DNA of 62,311 nucleotides, filler included. It is 4 parts of 4 records of this genome, joined end to end, with 100 filler letters (N's around TTAATTAATTAA, not from the genome) between each part and the next. Parts side by side here need not be neighbours in the genome. Positions count along the whole stretch, not along the records: positions 49,061 to 62,311 come from SRR31156797_3699; 3 more parts are not named here. One strand, written 5' to 3'. This document shows positions 53,001 through 61,680 of the stretch, in pieces; position 1 is the stretch's first letter; each line of letters opens with the position of its first letter. The position numbers and the translations under genes were made by a program. A model generated the notes under the pieces. That model saw nothing but the letters and a program-made list of their open reading frames with translations. It searched no databases and was not told where the DNA came from.

Positions 53001-53819
53001 TCCCGTAATTCTGAAAATCTGACCTTTACCGATATATTACATCTTTTAGAACAACTGGCTTCAAGTCCTGAGTTAAATACAAATCAAAAAATCCGACAAT
53101 ACGAAATTCAACAGTTATTCAAATTTGCTCGTGGAAAAAAAGATGTAGAACCACAATTGATGGCGAATTTAGAATGGTTGTATTTTCCATTTTTAAAAGA
53201 CGTCCCTGATGGAGTAACTGTATTATTTGATCAACTAACAAGAACACCCGAATTCTTTATCGAATTGTTATCATACGCCTACAAATCCAAAACAAAAAAA
53301 CAAAAATCAAAGATTCGCGAAGACGTCGCACTACAAGCATACAGGGTAATTGAAGCCCAAAAACGTGCTGGAGGGTGGTTGCTAACCACGTTCAAAAGCA
53401 AAAATATCGACTATAGCGAAGAACTGCTTAAATGGATCAACTCAGTAAGAAAAATTGCCCAAAAAGAAGGGTACGTCGAAGTTGCAGATTCTACAATCGG
53501 ACAACAATTAGCATGCTCAGGCAAAGACCCATCAGATGATGCTTGGCCGGAAATTCCAGTGCGCAAAATATTTGAAACCATTACTTCAGAAAAAATGGCC
53601 ACAGGCTTTTTAATCGGTTGGAGTAACAAGCAAGGTGCTTTTTGGGGAAACGCAGTTGATCATTACCGAAAACAAAAAAATGATATCAAAAAAAATTCAA
53701 AAAAAATCGTTGGATCTTATCCTAATACACTTAAATTATTGCAATCATTACTGGAACGAGTTGAACAAGACATAGAATGGGCTATTGAACGCGATAACCA
53801 CAATAGCGTGGTGTCGTAA
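50007..53819 (+). CDS. 1270-aa candidate defence protein: restriction-endonuclease-like N-terminus, degenerate NTPase-like region, long helical C-terminus
   Basis: GFDAKL..SCWELG..KANSDYNKR..FVFVTP..W..VKVLNG..LVDWL; no canonical Walker A; AT-rich cargo. Confidence 0.6.
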   Translation: MQLINFKQLRDNLTDETLAELLHDLIRGTVSFDQFSQFEFPTSNLSGAHGFDAKLQLPIDFNHPFLPNGYSCWELGVTTGVTTKANSDYNKRKQHPNAKETSFVFVTPQEFNKRKEWEESKREEQIWLKVKVLNGHSLVDWLQELPAVQAKWAAKWNLINSEDSVFSIENFWNNWNLACDERLPIKLVKALGQSERQTDEDQATLVEKWLISNNSSVLRIAAGSVDESRLYLAAVLLDINHSLQASLLSKIICTEDKTTFYKLAEHDKPLIIVTSLQDAGIRNLAQKNNHRVCLVLRSSNASREINIELPLRINQHLFFQALDKEGFTSEERAEWENKSGRSLSALRNALGQEPPLWTSDLQQLPLLSALLVGGWDSNKEEDRLALKELSTEKSYNSFEEKLIPILNIPQSPLQCESPYWRSISPYVAWIKVSEYLSEPLLNRFKQICISILGAQDAISMLSPEERSMADFKGVTNPYSKLIRRSLAESLILLSQTLEQPIKTIPNRYGRSFVPNLIEEILSAHSFNWKSVSQNLPELIEAAPNTVLDALERDIDNHWNKISYLATTNTNSFFTGGSLHTHILWALELVAWNDEHMAKASRILLKLEECWKDLADNAGNRPANSFADIFSYWLPQTNSSLKLRIKTLTQLSRQFPDTIWPILLKLLPTGYATMTHGARPKWRWEVLDTLQTQNEIYEFCHTVFYLALDLAKESEKPRLGLLRALSSHIPAEWRNDLYSLLAKYSPKSANRFQIWNELRATIHHNRSFADAEWALPENEILELLKIYKDISPKNIIKQNSWVFANTPKFFEGDLVGKRGYEKQQALGQKLQQKALAEIYNKNQEESLINLLKACPDSYNAGDEDSYPAPYTTGIQIGIFLTTKKGTDCLFEFISRALEKHITKPACSSLMSSLIKEMREDSLLSGYKKAKNSGKNFFLLYLLALPLSKDLLSKLSKESADIQNQYWELFSAYSVEPDLTQEVVNKLINSSRLVDAASIASRNSENLTFTDILHLLEQLASSPELNTNQKIRQYEIQQLFKFARGKKDVEPQLMANLEWLYFPFLKDVPDGVTVLFDQLTRTPEFFIELLSYAYKSKTKKQKSKIREDVALQAYRVIEAQKRAGGWLLTTFKSKNIDYSEELLKWINSVRKIAQKEGYVEVADSTIGQQLACSGKDPSDDAWPEIPVRKIFETITSEKMATGFLIGWSNKQGAFWGNAVDHYRKQKNDIKKNSKKIVGSYPNTLKLLQSLLERVEQDIEWAIERDNHNSVVS

Positions 53820-54877
53820 TGAGTTACTCTTACACTGTATGCATTTTGCCAAATATTCCCTCAGAAAAAGAACTGGAAAACATCATCAAAAACCTTCTCA
53901 CAGAAGGCGATGAGGAGGCGCTCAAAAAACAGTATTTGTGCTTAATCAGAACAATTTGTGTAGAATTCCTTGGCGACAAGATTGGTAGCCCCACTGAACT
54001 TATAAAACAAACCATAGATCATCCTGCATTGAACCAATTACCCAAAAAATTAGCAAGGACTATCTCATCTAACCTATCGTCATCGTTATTACTTCTTGAA
54101 GATCTTGAAGACGAATCCTTCGATATTTATACCTTAGACAGTCCAGGCTCTCTCTTGATGAACTTTTTTAAAACAATACTGTCCTCCATATCTTTGCTCA
54201 AAAATTCAGCAGGTACAAAAAAAATAACCACACGTACCGTCGAAGTGATTCAGCAACAAGCCCCAGAAACAAAAATAGAAATCCAAATAGATCGATTACC
54301 AAACTCAATTTATGCCTTATTAGAAACTGAAACAGATGAAGGTTTTTTCCAAGCAATCCAAGAAGGAATTCGTTTCTTTGCCCGAGAAGTAGTCATCGAC
54401 CAAAGTGCAAATGAAGGATTTTGGAGAGGTAATGCTTTTCCTGAAGATGAAAACACCTGTACCAGTAAGCTCATTGGATATTTGAAAATGTTTTTTGCCA
54501 ACCTTGGTATTAAAATCAAATCCGAATATTATATTGGTAATGACAGATGTGATTTGTGCTTCTCATTCAAAAATTGGCTGATTCCATTAGAAGCAAAAGT
54601 TCAAAACAACCGCGAGGTTTGGACTGGAATAAAACAACAACTAGTTGCTAAGTACATCATGCAAAATAAGACATGTGATTATGGATTATTCTTAGTATAC
54701 TGGTTCGGTGTTATAGGTAATGGACGGAATTTAGCATCTCCGCCACGAGACTCTACGCACAACTTACCAACATCAAATGAAATGCTCGAACAAGTACTGA
54801 CAGAATATTATATACCAGAAGAATACAAAAAAAATATCGAAGTGGTCTGCTTAAACTGTGCAGTAGCTGCCCAATAA
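53819..54877 (+). CDS. Protein with C-terminal PD-(D/E)xK-like nuclease domain
   Basis: DENTC..SEYY..DRCDL..IPLEAK..QLVAKY..YGLFLVYWFG; TAATG-coupled to the upstream gene. Confidence 0.65.
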   Translation: MSYSYTVCILPNIPSEKELENIIKNLLTEGDEEALKKQYLCLIRTICVEFLGDKIGSPTELIKQTIDHPALNQLPKKLARTISSNLSSSLLLLEDLEDESFDIYTLDSPGSLLMNFFKTILSSISLLKNSAGTKKITTRTVEVIQQQAPETKIEIQIDRLPNSIYALLETETDEGFFQAIQEGIRFFAREVVIDQSANEGFWRGNAFPEDENTCTSKLIGYLKMFFANLGIKIKSEYYIGNDRCDLCFSFKNWLIPLEAKVQNNREVWTGIKQQLVAKYIMQNKTCDYGLFLVYWFGVIGNGRNLASPPRDSTHNLPTSNEMLEQVLTEYYIPEEYKKNIEVVCLNCAVAAQ

Positions 54878-54897
54878 AAAAAGCAAAGGAATTAATT

Positions 54898-55179
54898 ATG
54901 GATTACATTAAAAACCGAATATCTGAAGTAATTGAATCATTTAACGTCCACAATGATTCTTCAATTGGTGCTAATGAGATTCTCGATCCTTTTGTTCGGG
55001 ACCATTCAAACTATGACTCCTTTGACAACCTGGCAAAGAGCGCTAATCTAAATGAAGACTATAAAGGAATTGATCCTGAAAAATTTGATAGCTTTATTTT
55101 CAATAATATTGACCATGTTAAAGTATCAGATCTACACAGCCTCATAACACAAGCGATGAACAAATATCATGATATCTAA
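54898..55179 (+). CDS. Small acidic hypothetical protein
   Basis: AAGGA RBS, 20 bp after the preceding stop. Confidence 0.6.
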   Translation: MDYIKNRISEVIESFNVHNDSSIGANEILDPFVRDHSNYDSFDNLAKSANLNEDYKGIDPEKFDSFIFNNIDHVKVSDLHSLITQAMNKYHDI

Positions 55180-55290
55180 AGAGTATAGAGACACCACAAA
55201 AAACATTCAAAACGATTACCGAAGCAGAAATGTTAATCTCTAAGCATATGGTACATTTATTTACATATTTACTTTTTACTCTCTAGTTTA

Positions 55291-56004
55291 ATGATCATCA
55301 TTGTCGGAGACATCCACGCCGCTTGGGGGCGATTCAATCAGCTGATTCTGGAACAACAGCCGGACATAATTCTGCAATGCGGTGATTTTGGCTTTTGGCC
55401 AGGACACCGCTTTTATGATCCGGCGACTAAGTTGCAGCCAGGCTCCACACTCGTTCATTGGATCGACGGCAACCACGACGACCACTACGCCATTCAGGCA
55501 AGGCTAAAAGCCAACCAGCTATTTTTATCTGATGAGCTGCCTGATGTAGTGTTTCAACCACGAGGCTCTATTGTGACACTGCCCGATGGCAGGATTGTAC
55601 TATTTGCGGGGGGAGCATTTTCTGTAGACAACCGTATCCGGTTGCCTGGAAAAGATTGGTTCCCCGATCTAGAAATACTGACCGAAGAAGATTTGAAGCG
55701 GTTCCCTGATCCAGACTCCACCGAAATTGATATCGTAATTAGTCACACCGCACCCAACGAATTTTCAGCCAAAGGCCTTCCGCTTGAGCAGTGGCCGGAC
55801 TGGTGGGATCAAGATAAGGACCCATCGGCCGACATTCTCAGCAAAGTTCTTCAAGCCTACAAGCCATCTCAATGGTTCTTCGGTCACTTTCATCTCTATC
55901 AGGAAGGCTCCTATAATGGCTGCGATTGGTACGCCTTGGATCATGCCCAAGGCGACACGCGTTGGTGGATGGAACTTCCTAAACAAAAAATTAAGACATT
56001 ATGA
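55291..56004 (+). CDS. Calcineurin-like metallophosphoesterase
   Basis: GDIH, GDFG, GNHD, SHT and GHFH motifs. Confidence 0.9.
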   Translation: MIIIVGDIHAAWGRFNQLILEQQPDIILQCGDFGFWPGHRFYDPATKLQPGSTLVHWIDGNHDDHYAIQARLKANQLFLSDELPDVVFQPRGSIVTLPDGRIVLFAGGAFSVDNRIRLPGKDWFPDLEILTEEDLKRFPDPDSTEIDIVISHTAPNEFSAKGLPLEQWPDWWDQDKDPSADILSKVLQAYKPSQWFFGHFHLYQEGSYNGCDWYALDHAQGDTRWWMELPKQKIKTL

Positions 56005-56582
56005 AGAATATTAGACAGTACAATGATGGGTATGCGGACTTCGACAAAGGAGGTTGCAGTATCGTTGAGTTAGTTGACAACGTTACCCCCGGATTAATTG
56101 GCAATTATTCTGTAGGGGATGCTGAATTTGATAATTGGCTCCAAACCGAAAAATTCACATACTCATTTATGTACCCAAGATGTGCTTTGTTACAGGAGGA
56201 TCTGAATATTTTATTAACCTGTTGCAAAGAGCTCTTTTTGAAGCATGAAAGGCAAAGACAATTTTGCATAATCCGAAAGGCCAAGTTCACCAACCTAGCG
56301 ACGAAGCTCTTTCTCAAACTACAAGACCTTCAGGTCGCTGCCGAGTCAAATAAATTACAAATTTCAAGCAAAGCCATCGAAGAAACCATCTCCACAACAG
56401 GGGTGCCTATTTATACGTTTCAAAACGCATTTATATCCATCTGTATCAACTTTCCTTCCCTTAAATTTATGAAAATAGATTATGGTCAAAGGGTTAGATC
56501 CTTTCTTTCAAGCGTAACACCTGTAGAGCATAGGATGCAGCGAAGAGTTCTCCAAAATTTCCTCCGAAAAAGAACAGTATAA
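56001..56582 (+). CDS. Hypothetical protein
   Basis: ATGA overlap with the phosphoesterase; no recognised motif. Confidence 0.55.
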   Translation: MKNIRQYNDGYADFDKGGCSIVELVDNVTPGLIGNYSVGDAEFDNWLQTEKFTYSFMYPRCALLQEDLNILLTCCKELFLKHERQRQFCIIRKAKFTNLATKLFLKLQDLQVAAESNKLQISSKAIEETISTTGVPIYTFQNAFISICINFPSLKFMKIDYGQRVRSFLSSVTPVEHRMQRRVLQNFLRKRTV

Positions 56583-56767
56583 AAATCTATATGCTACTGT
56601 CCGTGGAAGAGAGAACTGCAACTGGATAGATATGTTCTAAATGCCTGCCGCAAAAAGCCACGCAGACTCATTGGCGTAAATTATTCATAAAAATGAGATA
56701 GATACCCCCCCCCTCAATCTGTCCTAGCACCTTACTTACACATCGATTTTGTTTGAACTCTCCACGA

Positions 56768-57118
56768 TTATATATCGAGGGCTTCTCTCAACCCCAAAAC
56801 GTTTGTGGCTAAAGTATCAAATTGCTCTTGTAATTCTTCCAATGTGTCGACGATTTGGTCGGTCGAAAGCGGATGGTTCGCATTCATCTTATATGCGATC
56901 TGATTTAGATTCGAACCTACGCCATGAAACTCCTTTCTCCATGAATTAAACTCATCCACCATTTCACGGGTGAGCTGCGGTTGATCGCTTTTAAAATAGA
57001 GTTCTATAGCCTCCCTAATCAGGGCTGACCTGTCGCGAATCTTAAGTTCATTTTTTCTTTTGTCGAGATTTGCAACCATCTCTTGAGACATGCGAATAGG
57101 TATCATCTTATTCTTCAT
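56768..57118 (-). CDS. mobC: MobC-like ribbon-helix-helix relaxosome accessory protein
   Basis: MIPIRMS..RSALIREAI (RHH) and GVGSNLNQIAYKMN; ATG 57118 with AGGAG RBS. Confidence 0.8.
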   Translation of the reverse strand: MKNKMIPIRMSQEMVANLDKRKNELKIRDRSALIREAIELYFKSDQPQLTREMVDEFNSWRKEFHGVGSNLNQIAYKMNANHPLSTDQIVDTLEELQEQFDTLATNVLGLREALDI

Positions 57119-57174
57119 TTCTTCTCCTGGTCGGGACCCTTTAGGGAAGGCTCTTGCGGGTGAACTGGCCTCAG

Positions 57175-57270
57175 CCAGTGAGGGGGGCACCCCCTCCCTT
57201 ATCAGCTGATAAGGCAGGATTGGCGTAGCCAATAGCACGATGTAATACAAAGTGCGTATCCTGCCCTTAG
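57175..57270. other. oriT candidate with IncP/MOB_P-type nic site
   Basis: TATCCTG|CCC at 57257-57266, inverted partner AAGGCAGGAT near 57211, hairpins TTGGCGTAGCCAA and GAGGGGGGCACCCCCTC; upstream of mobC. Confidence 0.65.
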
Positions 57271-57400
57271 TAAAAAGTGTCTACAAACTTTTTACGTTAC
57301 CTTTCCTACGAGGACCTCTTGCAGCATAATAATACAACATCTACTTGATATTGTTAAATTTAAAGCAAATTAGTCTCTAAAAATTGACATTTCCTTAAAA

Positions 57401-57520
57401 TGCGTCCCTACCTATTTTGTGATGCGTCCCCCCTCTTTTTACCGTGCGTCCCTACCCGAAACCTTATGCGTCCATGGGGTAATTGGTATGCGTCCAATAG
57501 GGAAAAGGCATGCGTCCCTA
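57401..57520 (+). repeat. Six iteron-like repeats with exact 22-bp period
   Basis: TGCGTCC at 57401, 57423, 57445, 57467, 57489 and 57511, preceded by an AT-rich stretch. Confidence 0.85.
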
Positions 57521-57792
57521 TAAAAACGATTCCCTAGAGGCAAACACCGCTTTACCGATCTTGCGCCCGTCATGATTCTGGGAAAACGGCTTGCAAGGCC
57601 GCGCCAGGAGTTCGTGCGCTGCGCTTCCTCTACTCCTGTCACTTTGCCCTTGCCGCCCCCAGGATCATGCCAAGCGAAGATCGGGCGGCTGTGCCAAACA
57701 AACCCCGACAGGGTGAGGGGGCCAAAAGCTTGTGAGCCCCCCACCCCCTGCCGGGGGATCGTGGTGGGGAAAGAAAAAGGAGCAATAAAAAA

Positions 57793-57942
57793 ATGACTCA
57801 AATTGAAATTAATGCCCTCATTAAAAGAAGAGACGCATTTCTGAAAAGGATAGCAAAAAAGGCTAAGCCATCAGCCCGAGATCGAAGAGAATTTTGCAAA
57901 CTACGAGAAGAGGTTCAGAAGGTTATCCAACAACAGTGCTAG
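57793..57942 (+). CDS. 49-aa basic small ORF (not in the ORF track)
   Basis: AAAGGAG RBS; MTQIEINALIKRRDAFLKRIAKKAKPSARDRREFCKLREEVQKVIQQQC*. Confidence 0.45.
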   Translation: MTQIEINALIKRRDAFLKRIAKKAKPSARDRREFCKLREEVQKVIQQQC

Positions 57943-58078
57943 TTCACTAAACTCGTGTTCAATCAAGGGGGGGGGCCAGGGGGCTTGCCCCAAGCTCTCG
58001 ACCGGAGGGAGGACAGAACCGCCCTCCGGTTCGAGGTTTTGAACCTCAAAGTACAAAATGCAGCTTCTATAGGAGCTA

Positions 58079-59137
58079 TCATTTTGCATTTCGATCCCTT
58101 TTTAACCTTTCAAGGGCATTCATTCCTCCTTCACCCATTTTATCAGCTCCCCATTTCGCTCCCTTCCATGCTGCACCACCTGCAGCTCCACCGGCCATTT
58201 TACTGCCAACAAACAAACCACCGGCCAGAGCCGACGTGCCAGCAGAAAGAGCTCCGGCAATTCCAGATGTTGAACCAGCTATGGTGCCCGTCATATGAGC
58301 GGCAAAGTCAGGAGATTTTAAGATCATGGCGAGGCAGAATGCACACCAAATCAAGATTTTGAGGTAGGAATCAGAGACAATAATGGAGACAGTTTCTGAT
58401 TGCATTGTAAATGCTAAGACGGCTTCACTAATGCCTTTCCCACAAATGCCCATGACAATAGCGGCCAAAGCAGCAAGAAGCATATAGTTCAAAAGGCCTC
58501 GGCACCATGTGATAAAAATGTGCCGTGTCTCTTTAAAGGCAACAAAGAGGAAGCAGGGCCCACCCATAATAAAAAATATAAACATTGAAAAAAAGGCGAT
58601 TCCAAATATCACAAAAAACGAAGCATACATGGCCATGAAAATGGTAAACAAAGGAATCATGGCTAGAATAAAACAAAAATATCGCCATGCGTTAGTGAGG
58701 AAATTTCCCTTAGGGGACAAGTCTTCAATCGCACGGAAAAAATCTATCACAGTTTGATCAAGACTCCTGAATACCTCATGAACATTACCAAATCCTTCAC
58801 TACCTCCAGATGTTGGCGCAGAGGAAATAAAAAATGAGGACGCATCCAGGGTCAAATTGACCGCCGTTTCAATCACGAAATCATAATACCAAGTCCATTC
58901 AAAAATTACCGCGTAAAGGCTGGATGCGATTATACAAGAGATAAGCAGGTCATAAACCGACATCTTACTTTCTGCCTTGTAAAATTTATACCCTGTACAA
59001 ACGATATAGAGGGTGACAAAGGCCCGAAAAAACATTCCGAAGGACTCCATCAATTCACCATAAATCGCTGATACGTATTGAGTGTTCATCAAAATTAAAT
59101 TTGAAAATATATTGGCTGAAACCCCATAATCTTCCAT
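58079..59137 (-). CDS. VirB6/TrbL-family type IV secretion membrane protein
   Basis: Multi-TM, MGGPCFLFVAFKETRHIFITW, Gly/Ala-rich tail; follows the VirB5-like gene. Confidence 0.8.
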   Translation of the reverse strand: MEDYGVSANIFSNLILMNTQYVSAIYGELMESFGMFFRAFVTLYIVCTGYKFYKAESKMSVYDLLISCIIASSLYAVIFEWTWYYDFVIETAVNLTLDASSFFISSAPTSGGSEGFGNVHEVFRSLDQTVIDFFRAIEDLSPKGNFLTNAWRYFCFILAMIPLFTIFMAMYASFFVIFGIAFFSMFIFFIMGGPCFLFVAFKETRHIFITWCRGLLNYMLLAALAAIVMGICGKGISEAVLAFTMQSETVSIIVSDSYLKILIWCAFCLAMILKSPDFAAHMTGTIAGSTSGIAGALSAGTSALAGGLFVGSKMAGGAAGGAAWKGAKWGADKMGEGGMNALERLKRDRNAK

Positions 59138-59158
59138 GTTCTTTCCTTTTCGTTGAAA

Positions 59159-59992
59159 TTATTTCGCAATTGCTTTTTTCATAAGAGACTTGATGTCCGT
59201 GATGTCCGAGACTCCCGCTTCACGAAAGTTCGACAACTCGTAATCAAGCACGTCCTTACGTTCCACGACCGTTTTGATAGCCGTAGCTCTTGCCTCAATG
59301 GATTCATCTGTAACGCCGGAATAATGGGATAAAGCCATGGCCTGCTCAAAACGCATAGACATGGATAATTGTTCTTGAAGAACAATCAAAATTTCAAGAA
59401 GGATACTGTTGGTGAGAGCTTGCGATTCTTTAGTGTCTTTGCCTTTGCCAATCCTGGCTCCAAGCGTATTTATTTTGTCAATACGCCCTGACATGGAGGC
59501 TAATAAGCTTTCGCTATCCTCGATGGCTTTTTTGAAAGCTTGTTGACGAACCTGATATTCCTTTTCTGCTCGTCTGCGATCTTCTGCAGAAGTGGACGTG
59601 CGTGGATCTCCAAAGACATTTTCAAGCAAATCTTTAACCGTCTCAATATCACCTTGATCCGGGTCGGATAGATCCTCATAGAGATCTTTGTAATGCCCAT
59701 ACTGACGCATGACGGTGTTATATGAGTCATTGAGGAAGGCCTTGGTTTGCAATACGTCGTCGTAAACACCCGTCACACGATCATAGGTTCCAGTAATCGC
59801 CTCGTATGACTTGGTTAGGGTTTCATTGGCCTTTATTGCCTCATCAAGTTGAGACTGCATGCTTTCGAGTTGTTTGGTGAGATTTTTAACCTCTTCGGCC
59901 ATGTAAATATAAGAAGTCGGATCTGAAACAGTGAACGCCGAAGCCGTGCCAGAAAGCATTACTATGATTATCATTAGAACTATCCTAATCAT
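59159..59992 (-). CDS. VirB5/TrbJ-like secreted protein
   Basis: Signal peptide then TVSDPTS, coiled coil QLESMQSQL..YEAITG, and KDTKESQAL. Confidence 0.75.
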   Translation of the reverse strand: MIRIVLMIIIVMLSGTASAFTVSDPTSYIYMAEEVKNLTKQLESMQSQLDEAIKANETLTKSYEAITGTYDRVTGVYDDVLQTKAFLNDSYNTVMRQYGHYKDLYEDLSDPDQGDIETVKDLLENVFGDPRTSTSAEDRRRAEKEYQVRQQAFKKAIEDSESLLASMSGRIDKINTLGARIGKGKDTKESQALTNSILLEILIVLQEQLSMSMRFEQAMALSHYSGVTDESIEARATAIKTVVERKDVLDYELSNFREAGVSDITDIKSLMKKAIAK

Positions 59993-60105
59993 CTTGCCCT
60001 TCCTTTGAATGGTGTTGGGAATAAGACCAAGGGGTGCCAGTCTATTTCGGCCGCTCTATGGTCTTGTTTTGATCCCAAATTTATTTTTGCCAATAAAAAA
60101 GGGCA

Positions 60106-61575
60106 CTAAGTTTCATGGCTTTCCTCTGGTGGCCCAACTACGAGCGGCCTCCAAAATCCTTCCGAACCTTTACGTCCCCATTCGATTCCTTCGATTTCTT
60201 TACCTGACTTCTTCCAATATGCTCGTTTTTCGTTAACCCACTTGACTTGTTTTGTTTTTGGATTCCATTGGCGGCCATAAGTCCGTTTGACTACAACCAA
60301 CTCTTCCTTTTCAATTTCTGGTTCTGGATCTTCAACATACTCAACGCCTAATCTTTCCGCATACTTATTCCATGCCTTCAAAAGGCCATATGACCTAAGG
60401 TCTCGCTGAGATCGAATCCAACTCCACCGATGCACGATTTGTTCAACTGTATATAGACCATACCCATTCTTTCCAGCTCTCAGCACGGCCAACTGACTTG
60501 ATTGATTAAAAAACAATGGTGCCAATTCAACATCTTTCCCAAACCCTCTAAGGTCATAGCTAAGTCTATGATTAAGCCGAGGAATAGTACTCTTATTGTT
60601 AAGCGGGATATATCCAGCTTTAAATTGTACTTTCCCTCTCTGGGTCACAGGGAAAACCATTTTTAAAATAGCTTCTAACCAAATCAGGGCTTTAGATGTG
60701 TCGATTAAATCTTCAACGTCACAGTGAAAAAAATGAGTTTCTCCCTTCAAACGTCGACCGGCGAATGGCAAAACCCCCATATGAACATGAAAACGATCAC
60801 GCATGAGGTCAGAATCCCCTACGGGATGGATATTGGCGTAAAAAAAGAGTCCATCTTTTGCCCGAAGTCCAAAAAGCTTACGTACCCATTTACCCAGCTC
60901 ATTCATGAACTTCTTGCGGGTATTCGACCCTTTTGGAATCATGTTCTCAACCTCTCTGGGAAGAGTCACAACTAAAGTCCAAAAACGACCTATATTTTGA
61001 ACTTTACTCAGAGAGAGTATTTTGTTGCCCCATCTTGTAGCGGTCCTTCTCTTGTCGGCATCACAGCACTTTGTACAAGATGATTCGCTACAACTAAGAC
61101 CGGCTATCCTCTGTGTTTTGTCCGCGTATGTGATCAGCTTGCCTGTTGACCATTTAGCTCCACAAAATTCGTAATTCTTTTTACGAAAAGGTTTATATTC
61201 AGAGTTCTCAATGTTCTCGACTTCTCGGTTGATTGATCGAAAACAATCCAGCCAGCGAGAAATGTTTTGAGGAGACAGGCTAGTAAAATCTCGGTCACGG
61301 AAGCCCTGTTCTCGCAACATGGCATAAAGCCAGTTGCGCAAAGCCCAGGGTCTTTCTCGCAAATCAGGCTCGACGGGGCAGCCGCGAATATGCTGGACAG
61401 GCAAAAAAGCAGAGGGGTCTCGACATGAGTGGAGTATCTGTCCCGCATTGTTCGGGGATAAAGGTTTAAGAGAATTCCAATAGGAAAAGAGAACTTCACC
61501 ACAAAAATCTTCATGGATGTCAGCTAGGCCATTTGCGATTGCAACATGCCGCCGCTCTGTGGTCGAAAGGTACAA
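60106..61575 (-). CDS. HUH-superfamily replication initiator (rolling-circle type, divergent)
   Basis: CSESSCTKC, motif I-like LVVTLP, motif II RFHVHMG, candidate catalytic Tyr in RLSYDLR, LRSYG; TTG start with GGAGG RBS. Confidence 0.7.
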   Translation of the reverse strand: MYLSTTERRHVAIANGLADIHEDFCGEVLFSYWNSLKPLSPNNAGQILHSCRDPSAFLPVQHIRGCPVEPDLRERPWALRNWLYAMLREQGFRDRDFTSLSPQNISRWLDCFRSINREVENIENSEYKPFRKKNYEFCGAKWSTGKLITYADKTQRIAGLSCSESSCTKCCDADKRRTATRWGNKILSLSKVQNIGRFWTLVVTLPREVENMIPKGSNTRKKFMNELGKWVRKLFGLRAKDGLFFYANIHPVGDSDLMRDRFHVHMGVLPFAGRRLKGETHFFHCDVEDLIDTSKALIWLEAILKMVFPVTQRGKVQFKAGYIPLNNKSTIPRLNHRLSYDLRGFGKDVELAPLFFNQSSQLAVLRAGKNGYGLYTVEQIVHRWSWIRSQRDLRSYGLLKAWNKYAERLGVEYVEDPEPEIEKEELVVVKRTYGRQWNPKTKQVKWVNEKRAYWKKSGKEIEGIEWGRKGSEGFWRPLVVGPPEESHET

Positions 61576-61680
61576 AAGAACCTCCGAATCGCTATGGTTG
61601 AAAAATAACCACTCGATGCGAGAAGCGGGTGTGACAAATCACACCTTGTATTTTCCGTGTATTTAGGGGAAAATTAGAAA

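Noticed and set aside
57401-57520. CRISPR array
   Set aside because: The repeat is only 7-10 bp with a 22-bp period and there are no cas genes; it fits iterons
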